Made by a program: the position numbers and the translations under genes. A stretch of DNA of 64,000 nt, taken from Phyllosticta citribraziliensis. Its lineage: Eukaryota. Positions 1 to 12,100 of this stretch are shown piece by piece. The notes beneath the pieces are model-generated. The model did no database searches. It worked only from the letters and a program-made list of their open reading frames with translations, and was not told the DNA's origin. The number at the start of each line of letters is the position of its first letter. Within the stretch, counting starts at the first letter, position 1. The stretch spans positions 868,001 through 932,000 of the forward strand of contig NW_027117348.1 in assembly GCF_038025025.1 (NCBI RefSeq), in the 5' to 3' direction.

Positions 1-1074
1 AAACTAGGTTATTAATCTATATCTATAACTATATATTAGCTATTTCTAGGATAATTAGGTAGAAAGACTCCTAGTATTAGACTTTATATAAGTAATACTC
101 CTATATAAATCTATAGATATATCCCCCTATAAGTTAATCTTTAGCTACTAGCCTAGCTTCCTATTTAATTAGGAGAAATATACTATATATCTAGAGCCTA
201 TAAAGAAACTATCTTATATTACTATATAGAAGTTTACTAGATATATATAGGAAACTATATAGTAGGCTAAATAATAACTAGGTCTTACCTAGGAATAAAT
301 AGTATAAGCTATAAACTAATTCTAATAGGAACTAGACTTTAAGGAAGGTAATAAGGTATATATCTCTATATAGGGTATAAGTACTAATAGGCCTAGTACT
401 AAACTTAATATTTAGAATTAAGGACCCTACTATATCTATAAGAAAAAGGGATACTCTTATAAGCTAGAACTCCTAGTATATACTAGAGTTATAAACCTCT
501 TCTATATACACTACTTATAGAAGGCTTATTCCCCTTTACTAGGCTAGGTTTCTATTCTTAAACCTTTAATTATCTACTAGAACTAAGAAGAGTATAAAGT
601 TAACTTTATATATAATAGTAAGGTAGAATAAGGTACCCTAAAGTACTAAGTATAATAAAAAGAATATAATTAAGATAATATATAGTATAAGGCCTTAGAT
701 ATAGTTAGTATCTCTAATTAAATTAAGAAGTACTATACTAAATTTCCTAAGATACTAGGACTACTAAAGTACTTATAAGACTAGAAAGATATAATAGTAT
801 ATAAGCTAGATTATAAAGGTACTATAAAGAATAATAAGCCTACTCTCTAAGTAGCTAACTAAAACTAAACCCTCTAATACTACTAGAAAATATAGGATAC
901 CCTCTAGAAAAACCTATTATATACTAAGAAAACAGATTATTAAGGCTCCCCCTCCTATAAACCCTCTACCTTAGACTAATAGATAAGGGCCTTAGCCTAA
1001 AGCTAATTACCTAGACTATATAGTAGTAGAGATATACCTTAATAATCTATAAAAGTATTATTACTAAAACTATC

Positions 1075-2622
1075 TACTAGGGAACTATAAGGGGTAATAG
1101 GACTATATATAATCTAGGTATAGATATAGGTATAGGGGGGTACTATAGGAATAGGTAATAGTAATAATAATAAGGATAAAGAGGATATCTTAAGACTAGA
1201 AACCTATAGTAGTATAGTAGTAAAAGAACTAGAAATAGATAAAGAAGCTATATATACTAGATTAAATAGACTAGTATTACTACTATTAGATTTATTAGAT
1301 AAAGAGGATATATTAGATAAAAAAGAAGGGCTAGACTTTCTAGATAAGAAAGAAGGACTTAGTTTATTAGAAGGGATATATTTACTAGGTATAGGTAAGG
1401 ATAAAGAAGAATAGGCTATTAAGAGAATTATAGAAACTATATAACTAAAAACTCTTATAGGTATATATAGAATTATTACCTTCTATTCTAGAAGGGTAGT
1501 ATTACTAGATAAAGAGGTAATAAAAGTAGGACTAGTAGAGATAGTAGAAATAGTAGAAGTAGAATTAATAAATAGAATATCTAGTATATAGATAGATAAA
1601 GGTATATTATTAAAAGGATTAATAGGGCTAGTCTTAGTCTCCTTAGAAGAAGAAGTATTAGTATCTAGTATAGGCTTATCCTTTAAAAATAGACTACTAA
1701 GACTAGTTATAAAGTTATCTAGATAATTAGGGACCTTATCTAAGGGATTATACTAGCTATTATAAATATAGTTATCTATATTATATATACTATAAGAGAA
1801 AGTACTATTATCCTACTTATAATTACTATAGTTACTACTAAAGAAACTAGGAATCTAGTAATAACTAATAAATAGATAATAGATACTATTAGATAGCTTA
1901 GTATATATATAGTACTTATAATTAGTACTCTATAGAATACTAATAAATTAGATAGCTATAATAGAGACCTAAGAATAATAATAATATAGGTTATCTATTA
2001 AAATTAAAGGGATAGTAAAGATACTAGTATAGCTATAAGATAAGAATAAAAGCTCTTTATATATATTATAGACTATATTACTATTAAGAGACTATAATAC
2101 TATTAGTATAAGAGCTAGAGATTAAGGAAAGCTAGATTATTTACTCTACTTAAGATAATCTAAACCTTAGCTAAGTATAAGATATATATACTACCCTTAT
2201 TAAATCCTTAAGGCCTAGGTAAAGGTAGATCTAGAGGATCCCTATTAGAACCCTTAGAACTAGGCTCTTCCTTATCCCTCTCTTCTTATATAGGTAAAGG
2301 ATAATAATAATAATAATAAAGATAATAAGGTAAAGGTAAATAGTTAGAAGGACTAATAATAACACTAGTAGAATTATATTTATATAGATAATAGGAAGGA
2401 CTAATACTAGGACTAGAATACTTAGACTAATAGGTCTAAGGATAATAGTAAATAGTAGAAGAGATACTATTAGAGAGAGTAATACTATTATATAGTATAA
2501 TATATATAGATATAGTAATAGAATATATAGGAGTATATATAGGACTAATAGTACTAGGATAATAATTAGGAGTAGGTATTAATAGATATAAAGGTATAGA
2601 TTCTAAAGAGCTATTAAAGAAT
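1075..2622 (-). pseudogene. RIP-inactivated antisense spliced ORF in element E with a DUF3716-like Cys-rich domain
   Basis: Minus strand: an Arg/Ser/Pro-rich then acidic frame (2622-2145), a phase-0 intron 2144-2092 (GTAAAT...TACTAAT...TAG), then a frame whose 1980-1786 part de-RIPs to AIQFVG...CxxC...PFVGCRRIPGFFGGNCGNCKWDD...CS, followed by a Ser/Pro-rich tail. Both ends approximate. Confidence 0.7.
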
Positions 2623-3126
2623 CTATTATTATTAGCTATATAAGTTATTAGTATTAAATACCTAAATCTTAAGGGTAAGGCTTTACTTACCTAGTAAACT
2701 ATTATTTATATTATTAGACTAACTAGAACTACTAGAACCTATAGAATAATTAATTAAGGTAAAGCTAGTTATAATAAAGGCCTTAGATTATTAGTTAATT
2801 AAGGCTATATTATAGGCTAAGGGTAAACTTACTAAAGAAGATAAGAGGTAGGGTATAATAAGTATAGTAATAAAGATTAGAGCTAGAGGTAGGAGTAGAA
2901 AGTCTTTATACTAGACTTATACTTATTAGTATAGTTATAGGTATACCTACTAGAGTACCTATTCTAGTATTATAGATATATAGAAGCTTTAAGATAACTA
3001 ACTCCCTATATAGAGCTAAATACTTAAGCCTAATCTATATCTATTAAGGTACTAAGATATAATATCTAGATAATAAAACTACTCTTACCTATAGGTATAC
3101 CTTAGGCTAAACCTAGAGGGGGATAA

Positions 3127-3717
3127 TATTATAGATTAGCTAAAAACCTATAATTATATTAATTAAATACTACTTAGTATTAAGTACTAGGTATACCTAT
3201 ACTATAATTACTAGTTATAACTATAAGCTATATATACTAAAATTATCTAACTCTCTAAGAGCTATAGCTACTTAGATAATTTAACCCTAATACCTATAGA
3301 TATAATACTAATATAATAATAGAAATAAGAATAGAGCCTCCTATACCTATAGTAGAGACTTAACTAAGTAGTTAGTTTTAAGAAGTATATTACTACTAAT
3401 AAGCTAGTAAACTACTATATAATATAGGATTAAGATAAGGTCTTATTCTCTTATAGTATCTACCTTCCTTCTATTATAATTCCTAAGGTAAGTCTAGTAA
3501 TAGAATATAAAAGGACCTTATTATATAGATACTATAGATAGCTATATTTATTTTCTTATAATTAATACTCCTAAATAGACTTACTACTAATTTAACTTTT
3601 ACCTTATTTATATACCCTTCTTACTTAGCTTTATCTCCTATACTTATATACCTTAGTATTAGATAAATAGTTACTTAGAACTAGCCTACTAATTAGGTAA
3701 CCTATTAGATTATAATA
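3127..3717 (+). repeat. 3' LTR of element E (591 bp)
   Basis: Follows the PPT. Aligns end to end with the reverse complement of 4097-4683 (4-bp indel; differences mostly transitions). Confidence 0.9.
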
Positions 3718-3729
3718 CTATATAGAACT

Positions 3730-3882
3730 ACTAGGATAGCTATCCTTATCTCTTATAGTCTTAGACTTAAGAGGGATATTAAACTAAATAAATAAATAAA
3801 TAAATACTAGGATAGCTATTATTATCTCTTCTAGTCTTAGACTTAAGAGGGATATTAAACTAAATAAAAAATAAAAATAAAT
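3730..3882 (+). repeat. Two tandem ~76-bp units ending in (TAAA)n; possible LINE 3' ends
   Basis: ACTAGGATAGCTAT...GACTTAAGAGGGATATTAAACTAAATAAA occurs twice (3730-3805, 3806-3882). LINE origin is inferred only from the A-rich tail. Confidence 0.7.
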
Positions 3883-4096
3883 ACCTTTCTCTATAAGGGG
3901 AATAGCCTTAGCTAGGGCTATAGGCTACTAACTTAGATCTTAATAGGTCTATATAGTAAAGTAAGGTTATATAAAACCCCTAGTACTAATAAAACTCTAT
4001 AAATAAGATTTTATCTATTATCTAGTATGTTAAATATACTATTATTACTTAATTTAACCCCTTATAGTACTAACTTTTATACTAGTATAGGATAAC

Positions 4097-4683
4097 TATT
4101 ACAAGCTAATAGGTTACCTAATTAGTAGGCTAGTTCTAAGTAACTATTTATCTAATACTAAGGTATATAAGTATAGGAGATAAAGCTAAGTAAGAAGGGT
4201 ATATAAATAAGGTAAAAGTTAAATTAATAGTAAGTCTACTTAGGAGTATTAATTATAAGAAAATAAATATAGCTATCTATAGTATCTATATAATAAGGTC
4301 CTTTTATATTCTATTACTAGACTTACCTTAGGAATTATAGTAGAAGGAAGGTAGGTATTATAAGAGAATAGGACCTTATCTTAATCCTATATTATATAGT
4401 AGTTTACTAGCTTATTAGTAGTAATATACTTCTTAAAACTAACTACTTAGTTAAGTCCCTACTATAGGTATAGGAGGTTCTATTCTTATTTCTATTATTA
4501 TATTAGCATTATATATATAAGTACTAGGGTTAAATTATCTAAGTAGCTATAGCTCTTAGAGAGTCAGGTGACTTTAGTATTTATGGCTTATAGTTATAGC
4601 TAGTAGTTATAGTGTAGGTGCGCCTGGCGCTTAATACCAAGTAGCGTTTAATATAATCATGGGTTTTTAGCTAACCCGTGACA
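4097..4683 (-). mobile_element. Inverted E-family LTR (587 bp), probably solo
   Basis: Reverse complement starts TGTCACGGGTTAGCTAAAAACC and matches 3127-3717. No adjacent PPT. Flanks ATAAC and (T)ATAGC are only an imperfect TSD. Confidence 0.88.
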
Positions 4684-5649
4684 TATAGCTTATATATTAT
4701 ATATCTTATTAGGTTATAACTATATTAGGAGTATATATATATATATTGCCGGCCTTTCCTAGGTATTTTTTTAGTGGTTATAATTAGATATTTTAGGCCT
4801 AGCCCTTATAGGAAAATTACTAAACTAGTAATATAAGTAGAAATAAGTTAAAACTAAAGGACTATAGGTTTATAAAGGAAATAGTTAGGTTTTATAGGTA
4901 GGGGAGTAAGATATATAAAGATATTAATATATATATATCCCTACTATATAGTATAAACGAATTAACCCCTAAATTTCTTACTAAGACTAGTACTATTTAA
5001 AAGAGTATAGTTAGTATACCTAAGGCTCTAATTTTTAGCTCCTAAACTAAATATACTATTATATAGGAAGGGGTAGAAAGTTATAAGAAAAGGGGTATAA
5101 CTTTATACCCCCTATATCTCTATAAATCCTTATCTAATTAGGATAAAAAGTATACTAATTAAATGCTAATACTTAGTTCTATTATACCTAATACTTATAT
5201 TATTAAAAAATATTAGAAAATAAGGCTGAGAGATTAATTTTAAATTTTTATATTTCTCCTAGTGTTTAATAAATACTATAGCTAGGAGCTATACCTTACT
5301 TTAGAGCTATATCTAGATTTAACCTTAGATTATAAAATCTTAGTAAGACTAGGCTAGATTAGGATAATATAGATACTATTTTAATTATCTAGGTATAATA
5401 ATTCTAGTAGTACCCTTAGAATATTTTTATTCTACTATCTTCCCCCTAAAAAACCCCCTAAAAATAAAAGAATAATAAGAAACTACCTAAAACTATCTAA
5501 AACTACCTATTTTTACTAGTTCTCTAAGTAACTAGCTCCTATTAAGTAATAGTAGAGTTTATTTATAGCTTAATTTATATAAAATAATAATTAGTAATTT
5601 TATTTTAGTTATTTTTCTACTAGTCTATTTAATTTTTATAGAAAGAGTA

Positions 5650-6516
5650 TAGAAAATACCCCCTTACCCCCTTATAGGTATCTAGGGGGACCCCCTAACC
5701 CTAGAATTAAACTAGATAACCTAGAGATAGTTAATACTATCCCTATTAACTCCTCTAAACTTAAAACTACCCTTAGATTTACCCCTAATTTAGCTAAGAC
5801 CTTTAATTTTAGCCCTCCTATAGTAGGCTAGAAATAGCCTAGCTAAGAGTAGATTACTAGTTAAATAAATAGAATTAGGCCTAATACCCTAATCTTTTAT
5901 AAGATAATTAATTTAGCTAGGTCCCTATTTATTAAAGCTATAGATCTTACCCCTACCTATTCTAACTAATTAAAGGTCCTAGATTTTATAGGACTATTTA
6001 GAGAACCCTTAGAGACTAGTAGTACTAAGATAGTAAGCTCTATACTATCTAGAAGTATTATAGATATTAAAAGAGTAGTTAAAATATTTAGAAATAAGGT
6101 AAATTCCCTAAATAAGTAAAATATATAAAATATACCTTTATAACTAGCTAGTTTTAAACCCTCCTAAGCACCTTCCTAGAATTTAAAAATTTATAAAAAT
6201 TTAGAATAAATTCCTATTAATAAGCTAACTACTATACCTAGCTAGGTTAGTATAATCTAATCTAGGAATCTAAAATATTTAAAAGAATTTACCTTATTAA
6301 CTAAGAAATCTAAGAATATATAAAATATAGCTTTAAATAGGTATAATATAGCTCCTAATATAGGTCTATTAAATTAGGAGATATATAAATAAAAGAATTC
6401 CCCTAATAGGAGACTAGTACTAGTACTCTAGGTAGTAATTTTTAGACTCCCTACCTCTAAGGAAATAAGGGATAAATTTAATAAAGAATTTATAACTAAG
6501 GGATATACTAAGCTAG
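5650..6516 (+). mobile_element. Probable RIP'd LINE (Tad1-like) ORF1 fragment, cut off by the D' LTR
   Basis: Low-stop frame (one shift) de-RIPs to ARSLFIKA..QSKVLDF..LFRE, SWASV, RRLVLVL, EMRDKFNKEF..KG. This resembles fungal LINE ORF1 proteins as I recall them. Confidence 0.5.
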
Positions 6517-9125
6517 TATTATATATCTACGCGCCTTTATTTAGTACCTAGCGCGCTCGGGGTAGCGGCCCCGGCCTAGGTAGGGGCCCTAGCCTACATA
6601 GTTAGCCCCTAGCCCCGGCTAGGGTAGTTAGACTAATTAATATATATTTAGCTTACGTGCCTATCTATAGGACAAGTTATAAAGTAGTAGCTAAAAGTTA
6701 ATAATATCCTTATTATAAAACCTAGTTATCCTCCTATATATAAAATACTAGTTTTTCTATTAATTACTATTATTCTAATACTTCCTAGGGCTAATCTTCT
6801 AGTATCTAATATAGAATATTAGTAATATAAATCATAGGGCCTATATCCCTATAGCTAGTAGGGTATTTAGTTATATAGTTAATATTAGTATTATACTATT
6901 ATTAATTATTAAGGAGCTTATTAAGTAGGTTATTCTATACCTTAGAGTTAATATTATTATTAGTAGGTAGGATATAGATATACTAGATATTAATATTATA
7001 GTTATCTTAGAAAGTCTAGGGTAGTAGTCTATATATAACTATAGAAGCCACCTATACTACTATGCTATTACTAATATGAAGATCCCCTTCTTTATATTAT
7101 GCGCTGATTTTATTATAAAGCTCCTAGCTATTATAGATAGTAGTTTTAATACCCTCCTTACTACTATATATAAGTTCTCTAAAGTAATCCTACTTACCCT
7201 AGGGCTAGAAACCTAGACTACTAGGTAATAGGTATTAGTCTAGTTTAAGGACCTATATAGTTATAGCTAGGGCTTACCTAGTATATTAATCTTAGACTAA
7301 GATATAAAATAGCCATCTAAATTTATTATATAGGTTTTTATAATACTAAAGGTATAATTCTATAGTACTATAGTATATTACCTATAGGCTAATAGGTAGT
7401 TAGAATATACTAACTAGATAGTAGAATATATAATATATTATTTTATATTTACTAATCCTAATTAGGCTTAGGTAGATGTACTTCCCTATATATAGGGGAT
7501 AATAAATATATCCTATAATATATCTACTAGGTATATACTATATAAGATTCTATATAGTTTAACCTATAGACTACTATATTTAGTAATCTTAAGAGTATAA
7601 GGGAGGTTAATATAAATATACTATATACCTAGTACTAGGTAGAAGCCTAGGAAGCCTTAGCTTTTACTACTATTACCTAGAAAGAGTACTAAAACTCCTA
7701 CTATAAGCTAGTTTAATTTAAGGTTGGAGATAAGGCATTCTTATACTTATATTTTAGGTATAAGGTTTATAGTAACCTACTAAAAAAGCTATAACCCCTA
7801 AGAATAGGGCCTTACTAAGTAAAAGTAACTATAGGCCCCCTAGTATATAAGCTTAACCTAGAATTAATAAAAGTCTACCCTATTATATTAGTTAGCTAAC
7901 TTAAATATAATTCTAATAATAGCCCTTATAGTTACTAAGTGCTACTAGATCCTATACCTATTATAAATATTAATAACCTAGCCCTAGAGTATAAAATTAA
8001 AACCTTACTAGACTATTAATAAAACTCCTTTATAAAGTAGCTCTAGTACTTAGTTAAATAGAGGGGCTATAGCCCTTAATACTAAGTCTAGTATAATATT
8101 AATAACCTTAAGAATACTATAGATCTTATTAAGGAGTATAATAAAAGGCTTAGGACTAGTACCACCCTATATTTAGTAAGAAGATAACTATTATATATAC
8201 TAAAGCTACTAGTATATACTATAGTTATATACCCTACTAAAGACTATACCCTAGCCAATAGTAAAGATACTACTAAGTTATAGGGTAGCTATTAAACCTG
8301 TTTCTAGGCTAGATACTCTAGCCCTTTAGTAGTTATCCCTCCTATATAAGGGCCGTTAGCCTATACTATTAGTAAATATAGTATAGTATAGTTAGTATTA
8401 GTATTCCTATCCTTTCTTATTTTCTATTATTATTTTATATTGCTATTTATAAAGGAATAGTCGCTTTACTTAATAAGGGGAATAATAGTTTCCTTTATTT
8501 AATAGGGTAAATAGTGTAGATAAATAATAAAGAATAATAGAGTTATAAGGCAGTTTCTTTATTTTATTCCCTTATTTAGAGAGGTGTAGGGAGTAAATAA
8601 GTAATATAGAGGGATAGATAGGTTTTCCTAAGCTAGTTATTTTAATTTAGGACTATTTAAAGCTTAGTACCTACTAACCCTAGAACTACTATTTTAGTAT
8701 ATAGCTAATCTTTACTATACTATTAACCTACCCTTATAACTAGTATACTATCTAACTTATATTATATACTATCCTTTATACTATACCCCTAAAAAAGAAG
8801 GGTGCCCTAAGTATATTAGCTAGTACCTTAATAGCTAAGGGTACTACTACCTAGTACTTTACCTACTTAACTAAAGCTAATAAGCCTAACCTACTTAATA
8901 TAGTACCTTACTATATTATAAAGCTAAAGAAAGGTACTAAAAGTAGTAGTATAGGCTTACCCCTAGTTATACTAACTAAACCTAAGGCTATTATACTAAA
9001 GACTATAGTTATACCCCTAGAAACCCTAGGAAGTATATCTTTACTTTAGTACCTAGTAGAAGTACTAACTACTACTAAGTAGAGTACACCTATAAGTAGC
9101 TTACCTACTATTACTAAGTAATCCT
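6517..9125 (+). mobile_element. Element D': rearranged, internally deleted D-family copy (5' LTR 6517-6681, inverted 3' segment ~6698-7077, integrase/chromodomain region ~7078-9125)
   Basis: 165-bp LTR matches 32718-32882 and has the same following AAGTAGTAGCTAAAAG. ~6698-7077 is the reverse complement of ~44248-44628. ~7078-9125 aligns with ~40311-42340, including YLVK(W)RGY at ~8047-8070. Confidence 0.88.
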
Positions 9126-12100
9126 AGTATGGCACTGCTAGTCGGCACTATTTTTATAGCTCTAGAAGGTTATTTTTAGTATTATTATTCCTATTCCCAA
9201 CGGCAATCTTAGCTCTAATATAAGTAGGAGATTAGGCTGGCATAATAATAGGATAATAGATAGCTCTAGAATCTTAGAAATTTATAGTTCTATACAGTTT
9301 AGTAGTAACTATAATAGCTAATAAAAGTATAGGTAAACTTAGCATCTTTAGTAGTAATAGGAGGTCTTATATTATTAGTATTTTTAGTAGTAGATTAGCT
9401 AGTTATATACCCCCTTTTATAGCTGCTTATAGAGAGAGACTACTTATATAAAGGAAGTCTTTTATACCTAGTTAAACTATTATCTACTAAATACTTAGTT
9501 ATTTATTTATTTATACTTATTATTTATACCTAAGTCTTATACTACTTAGATAATGAAATAATAGCTAGTTAGTAGCTTATTTTAGTTAGTTTAGTAGTTA
9601 TTTTAATCCTATCCTATAGAGCCTACTTATTTACTACTAGTTACTATCTCTTATACCTCTTCTAGTACTAGTATTTTAGCTAGCTAAGTAAGTATATTAG
9701 TAAGTAGCTAATCCTACCTATATTTTATAGTATAGCTTCTATAGATTAGGAGCTTCTTATTACCTAATTATATAGATATAGGATATTAGTAGAAATTAGG
9801 TAAGTAAAAGGCTATAGGATATTACTAACTAGTACTATTAATTTTACTCTCCCCTACCTAGCCTATTATTATATATTTACTATACTAGTTACTATTACTA
9901 TACTTACTATTATTTACTTATTTATCTAGAATATTACTTTATAGATGCTATATAAGCTATAAGATTAATATTTATAATTATATAGTAGGTTAGTATATAA
10001 TTTAAAGAATAATAATACTATACTATCTAATTTTAATTAGCTCTATTTTTATTAAGTATAATATTATTCTAGGTATCTCTACCTATAAGGTATAGGAGAC
10101 TAGCCTAGGTAATTAGTTCTCTAGTTTTTCTATAATTATTTTATAGATATTAGACTATTAAGGTCTAATAAGTTTCTAGGACTATTCTATTATACTATAA
10201 GGTTAGTAGTTTATATAATAAGTTATAAAAGTAGATTTAGATATAATTATATAATAAATTTAATAACTAAGCTATAAGAACTATAAGTACTTCTAGTAGC
10301 TTAGGTAGAAATAGATAAGGAGGAAGAGGTATATTAGGAGAAGGATAAAGAAGAAGAATAGGGTCTTATAGTAGTAGTTACTCTCTAAGAGACTAATAGT
10401 AGGGGCCTATAATTATATATAGAGGACTATTAATAATAGTCCTATTACTAGGAACTAGTTTATAGGCTCCCTTATAAGGTATAGGGCTAGCTCTAGTACT
10501 ATTTAGGCTATTCTTAGGATTAGGAGTACCTCCTATAATTATACTACTATTAGGGATAGATTATAATAAAATAATATAGCTAAGCTAAGCTAATTAGCTA
10601 ATACTAGATACTATAGAAATAACTCTCCCCTAGACTAGTAGAGAGTTATTATTACTAATAGAAGCTAACTAATACTATATAAGAATAGCTTCCCTACTTT
10701 AGATAATCCTAATAAGCTAGATACTAGTACTAAAGTAAAGACTATAGTTTAAGGGGGATAATATATTATTATTCCTTAAGATATATAAGTACTTTTATAC
10801 TATAGCTAGGAGTCTCTTAGAAGAGTTTATACTAAAACTAGTCTAGTACTATAAAACCCTAATTAGCCTAGAAATTTACTATATTATAGAGTTTAAGACT
10901 AGAGATTAGGAAAGTCTAAAGGTTTAGATACTAGTATACTATAAGAATTAGGATATTAGTATAATTAGTAGGAACTAAAGCTATATTAAGAACTTAGCTA
11001 AGAGGTATAAGGACCTTTATTACTCTTCTAAAGTAGATAAGTTCTTTAGGCTTTACTAGATACTTAGTAATAAGGTAGTAGAAGAAGGATATATTAATAA
11101 AAGCCTATAAGAGATATAGTTCCTTAATACCCTATATATAGATATATAAACTAGGGTCTTATATAAGGGGTACTTATTCTATAGGGCTAGGAATATTTAG
11201 TATCTCTAGTTATATATTAAGGCCTAGCTAGAATATAAATAGTATATAGCCTTATATACTATAGACTTACTAGAGGTTATAAATATAGTTATATACTATA
11301 TTAAGAGATTAGACTATATTATAGACCCTATACTAGTAGGAAGAGGATACCTTTCTAGGTCCCCTCTACTACTTATAGTATTATCCTTAGATAGCTCTTC
11401 CTCTATAACTATAGCTTTAAATAGATAATTAACCTCTAAGACTAGGACCCCTTTAGTAAAGAGTAATAATACTATAGTTAAGGACCTAGTAGATAAGCTA
11501 GTTAAGATATATATTAAATTAATCTAGGAAGCTACTAGCTATATCTATAAATAGCTTATAGATAGTAAGAAGTATAGATATATTATAAATAATAGGGACC
11601 TATATATAAGGGTTATCTAATTATTATTTCCTTATAATAGCTCTATTAGAATAGGCTAGCTAATAGGGTAGTATATACTATTACTAAGATAATATACTCT
11701 ATAGGTAGGTCCTAATCTTCTATTAATAAGGCTACTACTACCTAGGATAGCTCCTATAGGCTAATTATAATATAATCCTAACTCCTATAACTAGGCTAGA
11801 CCTCCTAGTTTAAATATAAACTAGAGTATAGAGATAGGAGAATACTAGAGTTATAATAAGATAGGCTATATAGTTAGGAGTTATTCTATTCTATTACTAT
11901 TTATATATACTAGTCTTATATCTATTAGTTAAAATAGGTGTATCTAAGACGTTAATAGCTAGCTAATATTAACTTATAAGAGGAATAAATAGCTAGATAT
12001 TAAGAAGTACTTATAATATTAGGGATAGATAAATAATAATAATTTACTAAAAGGACTACTAGTACTAGAATATTAAATAACTCCCTACTAGACTAAGGGA

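Larger units (their letters stand above)
1..3717 (+). mobile_element. Element E: 3' part of a RIP-degenerated Ty3/gypsy chromovirus (integrase end, chromodomain, extra 3' region, PPT, 3' LTR)
   Basis: 587-~760 de-RIPs to a chromodomain (EEYEVDFIYDS..LKYQVQWKEYDQDNTWY). Purine tract AGAGGGGGATAA at 3115-3126 lies directly before an LTR beginning TATTATAGA (= TGTCACGGG in the sister copy). 5' part is outside the window. Confidence 0.85.

Noticed and set aside
2623..2690. Possible further minus-strand intron (GTAAGT...GCTAAT...TAG) in the E antisense gene
   Set aside because: The splice signals are good, but the best upstream and downstream frames are off by one base, so it was left out of the model.
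10750..10770. AAGGGGGATAATAT, resembling the PPT/LTR junction of element E
   Set aside because: It reads in frame as the gag motif FEGDNV..FL, and no LTR sequence follows.
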